64,000 bases of DNA. Origin: an uncultured Bacteroidales bacterium (lineage in GTDB: Bacteria > Bacteroidota > Bacteroidia > Bacteroidales > UBA932). The notes under the pieces were generated by a model. It searched no databases, was not told the DNA's origin, and worked only from the letters and a program-made list of their open reading frames with translations. The translations under genes and the position numbers were made by a program. The stretch is from NCBI GenBank assembly GCA_944325435.1, contig CALVAC010000014.1, positions 10,603-74,602 on the forward strand. The letters run 5' to 3'. Below are positions 57,214-64,000 of the stretch, piece by piece; position 1 is the first letter of the stretch; each line of letters opens with the position of its first letter.

Positions 57214-57786
57214 ATGAAATATTTTATTCTTTTCGGGCCTCCGGGTGCAGGAAAAGGCACTCAGGCGACAGCAATGGTGGAGAAGTATAACCTCCGCCAC
57301 ATTTCTACAGGGGCACTCCTCAGGCAGGAGATTGCGGCAGGCAGCGAACTCGGACTCAAGGCAAAGGCTCTGATTGATGCAGGGGCGCTTGTCCCGGATG
57401 AGATAGTTGAAGGAATGATCGAATCGGCGTTCCGGACAGTGAAGGATGTGGATGGTTTCCTGCTCGACGGATTCCCACGTACTACAGAACAGGCAAGGGC
57501 TCTGGACAAGATGCTTGCAGCCACGGGAGAGGAAGTCACATCAGTCGTATCCATAATGATACCTGACTCCATGATCCGCGAACGTATCCATCACAGGGCA
57601 ACGATAGAAGGCCGGGCAGATGATGCAAAGGATGATACCATCAACAACAGGATCGCGACATACCACAACCAGACTGAGCCGCTGATCAAATACTACACTG
57701 AATCAGGCAAATACAATGAAGTGGACGGCACAGGGACAATAGAGGATGTCCGCAAAGCCATTTTCGGCTTGATGGACAGGTTCTGA
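57214..57786 (+). CDS. adk: Adenylate kinase (short LID)
   Basis: GPPGAGKGTQ, HISTG, LVPD, LDGFPRT, GRADD. Confidence 0.97.
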   Translation: MKYFILFGPPGAGKGTQATAMVEKYNLRHISTGALLRQEIAAGSELGLKAKALIDAGALVPDEIVEGMIESAFRTVKDVDGFLLDGFPRTTEQARALDKMLAATGEEVTSVVSIMIPDSMIRERIHHRATIEGRADDAKDDTINNRIATYHNQTEPLIKYYTESGKYNEVDGTGTIEDVRKAIFGLMDRF

Positions 57787-57810
57787 CCAGTCTCTGACAT
57801 ATCGTTTCAA

Positions 57811-57853
57811 AAAAGTCCATATATTGTTTCTATCAAACAGTATATGGGCTTTT
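57811..57853 (+). terminator. Terminator between convergent adk and lytic transglycosylase genes
   Basis: AAAAGTCCATATATTGTTT-ctatc-AAACAGTATATGGGCTTTT; fully paired 19-bp stem on + with two G-U pairs; A/T runs at both ends. Confidence 0.75.
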
Positions 57854-57933
57854 CAGTATGGTGTTATTGCCGGTTATGGCCTCCCGAAGGAGAGAACTTG
57901 CAGGAAACTTCTTTCCCGACAGCGGATTCACAT

Positions 57934-59562
57934 TCAGAGTTTCGGAATCCGTATCTTCATCCCGGGCTTGATCCGTGACCCTATGCCATTGAAATCCATA
58001 ATGTTCTGTGCGCTCACTCCCGGATATGCCTTGGCGATGTCATACAGGGTGTCGCCTGTTTTCACAGTGTATGTCGTGTAAGGCGTGTCCGGGGCAATGC
58101 CGGATTTCCTGGCCTGAGCGGTTGTGTTTTTCGGAGCGGGCGCAGGTTCAGCAGATGGCTGGACACCGGAATAGATCACAAGCCTTTGTCCTACCCGTAT
58201 CATATTGCCCCTCAAGTTGTTCCATCTTCTTATCTGGCTGACTGTGACACGGTATCTCAAGGCTATCTTCCCGAGCACATCTCCGCTGCGGACCCTGTAT
58301 ATGATTCTCTGGCCATCTCCTCCGTCCTTTATTTTCTTGATAGTGACAGGGTTGAAAAATTCATCCGCCTTGTAGGAATAGAGAGAGTCTTCGACTGCAA
58401 TGAAATCGTTGACATAGCTGTATGGTAGCCGGAGGATATATTCCCTTTCGTTACCCGGGATAATCTCGTGCCTGTACTGCGGATTGAGATTTTTCAGCTC
58501 ATCCAGCGGAACGCCTACGAGCTCGTTGATCTGCTTGAAATGCAGCATCTTGTGTATCTTGAAAGTGTCCACTGCCGGAGGAATCGCCACGGCTTCGGGT
58601 TCGATGCCGTGCTCCTTGTAGTATTTCATTGTGTACAGGGCACCTACAAATGCCGGTACATAGCCCCTTGTCTCTCTCGGCAGGTACGGATAGATATCCC
58701 AGAATGCCCTTTTGCCTCCGCTTCGCCTGATGGCTCTGTTGACATTCCCGGCTCCGCAGTTATATGATGCGATTGCAAGATTCCAGTCCCCGAATATCCT
58801 GTATGAATCCTTGAGGTAGCGGGCTGCCGCTTCGGCAGAGGCGACAGGATCGAGCCTTTCATCCACAAACGAGTTGATTGTCAGTCCGTACAGCTTGGCG
58901 GTGCTGTACATGAACTGCCACATCCCTTTTGCCCCCGCCCTGGAGACGGCTGTCGGGTTGAGGGAAGATTCTATGATGGCCATCGCCTTGAGTTCTTCCG
59001 GGAGGCCGTATCTGTCCAGAATTTCTTCGAAAATGGGCATATAGTATCTGCTGAGCCCTATGATTTTCCCTATCCTGTCGGGCATTTTCTCTGAATAGAG
59101 GACAATGTAGTTCTTGACTATGCTGTTGTAAGGGAGCGATATGAAGGAGTTCATGTTGCGGATTCTCCTTATATATACCGAATCAGGCACATCGGAACTG
59201 AAATGGACTGTGTCCATATCGTATGCACCTGCATTCTCATCCCCTACGGCCTTGTGGATATACCACAGGTTCAGAAGACTGTCTGTCACCTCGTTGCTGT
59301 ATGCAATGGTGTCGTTGTCTTCGTATATTTCCATAATTTCCGTGGTGAGGCTGTCTTTCTGGAGCATCTCCAGATTGAGACTTTCTATCTCTGCCTTGAG
59401 AGAATCCACAATCGCCCTGTATCTGGCGTTCTCTCTGGCAAGCTCTGCCTTTGTCTTCTGAGGTCTGCGAGGCTCCCAGTCATCCATCGCTCCGGCGTTT
59501 GTCGGCTGGAACGCAAACAAGACTGCCGCGGTTGCGGCAAATATGATTTTCCCTGTCTTCAT
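57934..59562 (-). CDS. Lytic transglycosylase with two LysM domains (MltD-like)
   Basis: IIESSLNP, GAKGMWQFM, ASYNCG, ETRGYVP, YRVRSGDVL, YTVKTGDTL. Confidence 0.92.
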   Translation of the reverse strand: MKTGKIIFAATAAVLFAFQPTNAGAMDDWEPRRPQKTKAELARENARYRAIVDSLKAEIESLNLEMLQKDSLTTEIMEIYEDNDTIAYSNEVTDSLLNLWYIHKAVGDENAGAYDMDTVHFSSDVPDSVYIRRIRNMNSFISLPYNSIVKNYIVLYSEKMPDRIGKIIGLSRYYMPIFEEILDRYGLPEELKAMAIIESSLNPTAVSRAGAKGMWQFMYSTAKLYGLTINSFVDERLDPVASAEAAARYLKDSYRIFGDWNLAIASYNCGAGNVNRAIRRSGGKRAFWDIYPYLPRETRGYVPAFVGALYTMKYYKEHGIEPEAVAIPPAVDTFKIHKMLHFKQINELVGVPLDELKNLNPQYRHEIIPGNEREYILRLPYSYVNDFIAVEDSLYSYKADEFFNPVTIKKIKDGGDGQRIIYRVRSGDVLGKIALRYRVTVSQIRRWNNLRGNMIRVGQRLVIYSGVQPSAEPAPAPKNTTAQARKSGIAPDTPYTTYTVKTGDTLYDIAKAYPGVSAQNIMDFNGIGSRIKPGMKIRIPKL

Positions 59563-59566
59563 AATA

Positions 59567-60547
59567 TCAAAACCTGAGTCCAATCCTGAATCCGATGGCA
59601 TTGTCCAACGCTCCGCTGCTGAATCCGCTTCCGGACATCGCGTATGCATTGTCCGGTGCGATCAGGGCCGGTTCTACACTCATGGATATGTCATCGCTGA
59701 CTTCGAAGTCATGCATATATGCAAACACATTTGCATCTATCACCTGCAGAAGGTAGAATCCTACCAGCGCCAGCACGGAATAGTCCCTGTACCGTCTGTA
59801 GACATCCCTGTAATAGAGGGCTGTGGACTGTGATACCGGTCCGTCATAGCCTTCCTGGTAGCTTTCGTTGTATATCCTGCGGAATCTCTGGTAGTTGATG
59901 CTGTTTGTGTACAGGAAGTGCGCGGAACCGATCAGACAGCCCCAATATATGGGGATCTTCCAGTATTCCCCGTTATATGCCTGTCCGAGTCCTGGCAGGA
60001 GTATCGAATATACGGTTGCCCTTCCGGGATGAGGATGTACATCTTTCTTGTAGTTTATCGCCCCGTCCATAAGTGACCCCCAGTAGATGAGACCGGCCCC
60101 GACCATCAGGATTGTCCCCGTGGTCTTCGCCCTGGTGTTTACAGTGAGTGTCGTGTTGGGGTCCAGGGCGTATGCCGCATCATATGCTTTCTTTGACAGG
60201 TTGTACTGATGCAGGTAATGTCCTCCCAGGCCTGCGCAGACACCGATACCTCCATATATTATCGGAAGTTTCCAGTAGTCCCTGTTGTATATCTGTGATA
60301 TGCCTGGCATGACTACCGAACCGGCGAACATTGTCCCTATACGCAGATCCTGCTTATGGGCAAGCCCACCGAACAGTTCCTTGAACGAGAACATCTTGTC
60401 TGATGTGTCGTTTGTAGCTGTCGTGTCATCCGGCTCGTTATAAGTCTGTGTGAAAGCCTCCTCTTTGAACTGGGCGCTGGCGCAGACAGAGAACCCGGCC
60501 ATCATGACCAGAAATGCTATGAGGTATCTCAGGATACTTTTCGACAT
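59567..60547 (-). CDS. DUF5683 family protein with two tandem domains
   Basis: Two copies of PG(I/L)(S/G)Q(I/A)YN..YWK(L/I)PI; YRRYRD; LQVIDANVFA; ends RIGLRF. Confidence 0.8.
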   Translation of the reverse strand: MSKSILRYLIAFLVMMAGFSVCASAQFKEEAFTQTYNEPDDTTATNDTSDKMFSFKELFGGLAHKQDLRIGTMFAGSVVMPGISQIYNRDYWKLPIIYGGIGVCAGLGGHYLHQYNLSKKAYDAAYALDPNTTLTVNTRAKTTGTILMVGAGLIYWGSLMDGAINYKKDVHPHPGRATVYSILLPGLGQAYNGEYWKIPIYWGCLIGSAHFLYTNSINYQRFRRIYNESYQEGYDGPVSQSTALYYRDVYRRYRDYSVLALVGFYLLQVIDANVFAYMHDFEVSDDISMSVEPALIAPDNAYAMSGSGFSSGALDNAIGFRIGLRF

Positions 60548-60584
60548 TGTGTATATTGGCGGTTTCAGAATCTTTTCCTTGGTT

Positions 60585-61514
60585 TTATATGGATGATGCC
60601 TCGAGAGCCTTGAGGAACCTGTGTATCTCTTCGTCCGAACTGAAGTGGATGGTCATTGTCCCTTTCCCCGCAGGGCTGCGCTTGAGGCTTATGCTGTTGT
60701 CGAAATATTTGCCCACAATCTCCAGGACCTTGAAATATTCATCAGGGAGTTCCTGTTCTACCGTCTTCTCTTTTGCCTGTCCTGCATTCTCGGCCTTGCG
60801 TATCCTTTCCTCAAGCTGTCTGACAGACAGCCCGTCCTTTATGACGATGTCGCACAGCTTCTCCTGGATGGCTTCATCCTCTATGCCGAGCAGGACTTTA
60901 GCATGTCCTACACTGAGAAGCCCTACCTTGAGGTCGTGCTGCACCTTGGCGGGCAGGCGCAGAAGTCTGAGATAGTTGGTTACGGATGCCCTCTTCTTTC
61001 CGACCCGTGCCGCCATCTGCTCCTGTGTGAGGTCGCATTCCTCTATCAGCCTCTGGTAGCTCAGGGCTATTTCGATAGGGTCGAGATTCTCCCTCTGGAT
61101 GTTCTCCACGATGGCCATTTCGAGCATTCCCTGGTCATCTGTCTCCCTGATGTATGCAGGCATTTCGGTCAGGCCGGCGAGCCTGCTCGCCCTGTAGCGC
61201 CGTTCTCCGCTGATTATCTGGTATCTGTCGGCAGACTTCTTCCGTACTGTGATCGGCTGGATGAGCCCGAGCGTGCGGATGGATTCCGCCAGCTCTTCCA
61301 TTGCCACCGGGTCGAATGTGCTCCTCGGCTGGAACGGGTTCGGCTCTATCATTCCGACAGGTATAAGCATGATGTCCGCCGAGTTCTGTGGCTGTTCGTC
61401 AGTCACCACGGTCTTGTTGATATATTCAACCGGTTTTCTGAAGCTGCCAAGGTCTGTGTTCTCTCCGAGGAGAGCCCCGAGACCTTTGCCTAATCCTCTT
61501 GGTGTCTTGCTCAT
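60585..61514 (-). CDS. parB: Chromosome partitioning protein ParB
   Basis: RGLGKGLGAL, NPFQPR, IISGERRYRA, VENIQRENL, SVGHA. Confidence 0.96.
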   Translation of the reverse strand: MSKTPRGLGKGLGALLGENTDLGSFRKPVEYINKTVVTDEQPQNSADIMLIPVGMIEPNPFQPRSTFDPVAMEELAESIRTLGLIQPITVRKKSADRYQIISGERRYRASRLAGLTEMPAYIRETDDQGMLEMAIVENIQRENLDPIEIALSYQRLIEECDLTQEQMAARVGKKRASVTNYLRLLRLPAKVQHDLKVGLLSVGHAKVLLGIEDEAIQEKLCDIVIKDGLSVRQLEERIRKAENAGQAKEKTVEQELPDEYFKVLEIVGKYFDNSISLKRSPAGKGTMTIHFSSDEEIHRFLKALEASSI

Positions 61515-62284
61515 TGTAATCTGTTGTTTTCAAGGATTTCCCTGGCGAAATTCAGGTAATTGGTGGTGCCGTTGGAGACTACATCGTACAGGATGATCGG
61601 CTTGCCGTGCGATGGAGCCTCGCTCAATCTTATGTTTCTCTGGATTATGGTCTTGAACACCATATCTCCGAAATGCTCCTTGAGCTGGCTGACCACCTGC
61701 GAGTGTACCTTTGTCCTTCCATCGAACATCGTCACCAGGAATCCTTCTATAGTAAGTCCCGGATTTATGCCGCCCTGGACAAGCCTTATGGTCTGCAGCA
61801 GTTTCCCAAGCCCTTCCAGGGCGAAGAATTCAGGCTGTACGGGGATGACAATTGAATCTGATGCCGCGAGCGCGTTTACCGTGATAAGCCCCAGCGATGG
61901 CGAGCAGTCGATGACTATGAAATCATAGTCATTCCTTATCGGTGCAAGGGCGTTGCGCAGCACTGATTCCCTGTGGGGATTGTCCAGCAGTTCTATCTCG
62001 GCTCCTACGAGATTGATGTGGGACGGGATCATTTGCAGGTCAGCTATCTCTGTCTGTATCAGAGTGTCCCTGATATCAATCCTGCCTATCAGCACTTCGT
62101 AGAGAGTCCTCTTCTGGTCGTTGTCCGGGGAGAAGTTGAGTCCAGAGGTGGTGTTGGCCTGCGGGTCTGCATCTATGATGAGCACCTTCTTCTCCAGGAC
62201 GGCAAGAGATGCAGCGAGGTTGATTGCAGTCGTGGTTTTCCCCACACCGCCTTTCTGGTTTGCTATAGCAATGACTTTTCCCAT
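61511..62284 (-). CDS. parA: Chromosome partitioning ATPase ParA/Soj
   Basis: NQKGGVGKTT, DADPQAN, IDCSPSLG, LSEAPSHG. Confidence 0.97.
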   Translation of the reverse strand: MGKVIAIANQKGGVGKTTTAINLAASLAVLEKKVLIIDADPQANTTSGLNFSPDNDQKRTLYEVLIGRIDIRDTLIQTEIADLQMIPSHINLVGAEIELLDNPHRESVLRNALAPIRNDYDFIVIDCSPSLGLITVNALAASDSIVIPVQPEFFALEGLGKLLQTIRLVQGGINPGLTIEGFLVTMFDGRTKVHSQVVSQLKEHFGDMVFKTIIQRNIRLSEAPSHGKPIILYDVVSNGTTNYLNFAREILENNRLQ

Positions 62285-62339
62285 TCCAACTTTGTTTTTG
62301 AGACCGGAAACCGTTTCGGACAGTTCCCCAAAATCCTGG

Positions 62340-62386
62340 CAAATTTATAAAAAATTTTCTTTCCTTGCCTTAATTTACTACTTTTG
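62340..62386. promoter_or_regulatory. Divergent -7 boxes for parA and the lipid kinase gene
   Basis: TAAATTTG on - (62340-62347) and TACTTTTG on + (62379-62386). Confidence 0.6.
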
Positions 62387-62409
62387 TTGCCTATTTACAA
62401 GAGCGATTG

Positions 62410-63387
62410 ATGGAGCAAATTGATTCAGTCTGGTTTGCGGTCGTAAACCCTCACGCCGGATCAGGAAAGACACTTTCCCTATGGAAAAAAGCCGAGGCGC
62501 AGATGCGGAGGCGGCAGATATCATACGGGTACCGGACCACTGACTGTAAGTCCCATGCTACGGAAATTGCGTACGGGGCCGCCAAGGAGGGCTTCAGGAA
62601 ATTCATTGCGGCAGGAGGGGATGGTACGGTCCACGAGATGCTGAATGGCATAATGCGCCGTATCTCGGATTCAGTACTTGAAGGGGGAAACCTCCGGTTG
62701 CAGGATTTCACTCTTGCAGTGATTCCGATTGGTTCCGGCAATGACTGGATAAAGTCCCATCATATCCCGTACGATGTGGAAGAGGTGATAGGGATGGTGG
62801 CAGGAGAATCTTTTTCAGGACAGGATATAGTGAAAGTGAGCACCGGGGCGACCGGTCCCGGGGAGAAGCGGGAAGTGTCGTATATGGTCAATATCGGCGG
62901 CATCGGTCTGGATGCCAGGATATGCGAGCGGGTAAACAGGCAGAAGGATGCGGGCAAATCCGGCAAACTCCTCTATGCCGGTTCCCTCATATACAATCTT
63001 GCACATCCGGAAATTTTCAGCGTGTCCGTTATGTGCGATGGAAAGCTGTTCTACGAAGGTGAATGCCTTTCGATAGCCTTCGGCATCGGAAAATATTCGG
63101 GAGGCGGATTCCGCCAGACTCCGGAAGCCGTGCTTGATGATGGCCTTGTGGATGTGACGGTCATACCTCCGATATCGCCGGCGAGGATGCCGGGTGCGGC
63201 TTTACGGCTACTGGATGGTTCTTTCCTCGGACAGAAGGAGGTCTTGTCGACAAGGGCGAGGTCTGTAGAGGTCAATCCTACGGATGGCAGGCGGGTGATA
63301 ATGGAGGTTGACGGGGAGATTGTGGGGACGCTTCCTGTCAGGCTTGATGTCCTCGCGGACAGGCTGAACGTGCTGCATAGGGACTGA
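62410..63387 (+). CDS. Diacylglycerol kinase family lipid kinase (YegS/BmrU-like)
   Basis: VNPHAG, GGDGTVHE, PIGSGND, GIGLDA, EVDGE. Confidence 0.92.
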   Translation: MEQIDSVWFAVVNPHAGSGKTLSLWKKAEAQMRRRQISYGYRTTDCKSHATEIAYGAAKEGFRKFIAAGGDGTVHEMLNGIMRRISDSVLEGGNLRLQDFTLAVIPIGSGNDWIKSHHIPYDVEEVIGMVAGESFSGQDIVKVSTGATGPGEKREVSYMVNIGGIGLDARICERVNRQKDAGKSGKLLYAGSLIYNLAHPEIFSVSVMCDGKLFYEGECLSIAFGIGKYSGGGFRQTPEAVLDDGLVDVTVIPPISPARMPGAALRLLDGSFLGQKEVLSTRARSVEVNPTDGRRVIMEVDGEIVGTLPVRLDVLADRLNVLHRD

Positions 63388-64000
63388 TTATGCCGGGTCC
63401 ACATTCAGTGTGATATGCCCGCTGTAGTTCCTGCAGGACTCGAAACGGCTTATGGCTTCTTGCAGCCGGATCTTCCTGCCGGCCAGCCGTCTGTCCTTGT
63501 CCAGGGTAATCCTTATGCATCTTATGTATTCATTCGCGAGCTTCCCTTCCGCCGGGATGTACGGCCCGGTCACATTGAAATCACTCAAGGTACCGGCAAG
63601 CAGCCTGCCCATGCGCCCGGCCCTTTCTTCATTCCTGTCCCTGATGATGATGTCTATTATCCTCGTGTACGGCGGATAGCCGAATTCCTCCCTTTCTGAC
63701 AGGAGGCCGGAGACATATTCTTCGGAAGTGTTCCCGTTTTCTCCATCCGTAAGCATTCTGTAGACCGGATGTCCAGGCTGTGCCGTCTGGATGACGAACA
63801 GGCTCCTGCCTCCACGCCTGCCGCACCTGCCCTTGAACTGCATAAGGGTCTGCATCGCTCTTTCATCGGCCCTGAAGTCCTGGATTCCGAGCAGCGTGTC
63901 CGCCTGGAGGACGGCCACAAGGGAGATATTCCCGAAGTCGAAACCTTTGGTGACGATCTGGGTCCCGATCAGGATGTCGATTTCTCCTCTGGACAGTTTA
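63388..64000 (-). CDS. priA: Primosomal protein N' PriA, C-terminal part (runs off window end)
   Basis: The frame extends to the edge: IDILIGTQIVTKGFDF...DFRADER..Q..GR.GRR...EREEFGYPPYTR. Confidence 0.93.
   Translation of the reverse strand, partial: KLSRGEIDILIGTQIVTKGFDFGNISLVAVLQADTLLGIQDFRADERAMQTLMQFKGRCGRRGGRSLFVIQTAQPGHPVYRMLTDGENGNTSEEYVSGLLSEREEFGYPPYTRIIDIIIRDRNEERAGRMGRLLAGTLSDFNVTGPYIPAEGKLANEYIRCIRITLDKDRRLAGRKIRLQEAISRFESCRNYSGHITLNVDPA

Noticed and set aside
63385-63390. Abutting stop codons of the convergent lipid kinase and priA genes (TGA/TAA, zero gap)
   Set aside because: Tight packing of convergent genes is common; nothing suggests overlap or readthrough.
1-64000. CRISPR arrays, tRNA/rRNA genes, IS elements, prophage genes, oriC/dif
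   Set aside because: No regularly spaced repeats, cloverleafs, transposase or phage motifs, DnaA-box clusters or convincing dif match were seen by eye; intergenic spaces are mostly under 200 bp.

Overview
A gene-dense chromosomal core region (~53% GC by spot counts) of a Bacteroidota bacterium, very probably Bacteroidales. The phylum call rests on many TAnnTTTG (-7) promoter boxes, Bacteroidetes-type gene orders (parA-parB-DUF5683-lytic transglycosylase; HsdR_N divergent from holA; split 5'-nucleotidase; xerC-hpf) and the protein families present. About 56 CDS were identified. They cover housekeeping (trkA, recA, recX, rlmN, asnA, xerC, hpf, cca, holA, yicC, glnS, metH, hpt, adk, parAB, priA), a TetR-controlled TolC/HlyD/ABC efflux operon, TldD/PmbA, a patatin-barrel protein, a metzincin, a DUF1080-PHP fusion and a small AraC/aldo-keto reductase pair that looks foreign. 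I found no rRNA, tRNA, CRISPR array, transposase, prophage or complete defence system. The best candidate for an undescribed system is a possible soluble methylmalonyl-CoA:pyruvate transcarboxylase: an OadA/5S-like carboxyltransferase whose biotinyl-type domain lacks the acceptor lysine, plus a 12S-like/small soluble subunit/biotin-carrier operon with no Na+-pump beta subunit, running into metH. Other notable patterns are several apparently leaderless genes, an HhH/beta-barrel possible DNA receptor, strong enrichment of the palindrome TCCGGA, and many low-complexity in-frame insertions in conserved enzymes. All calls come from motif recognition by eye; no searches were run.
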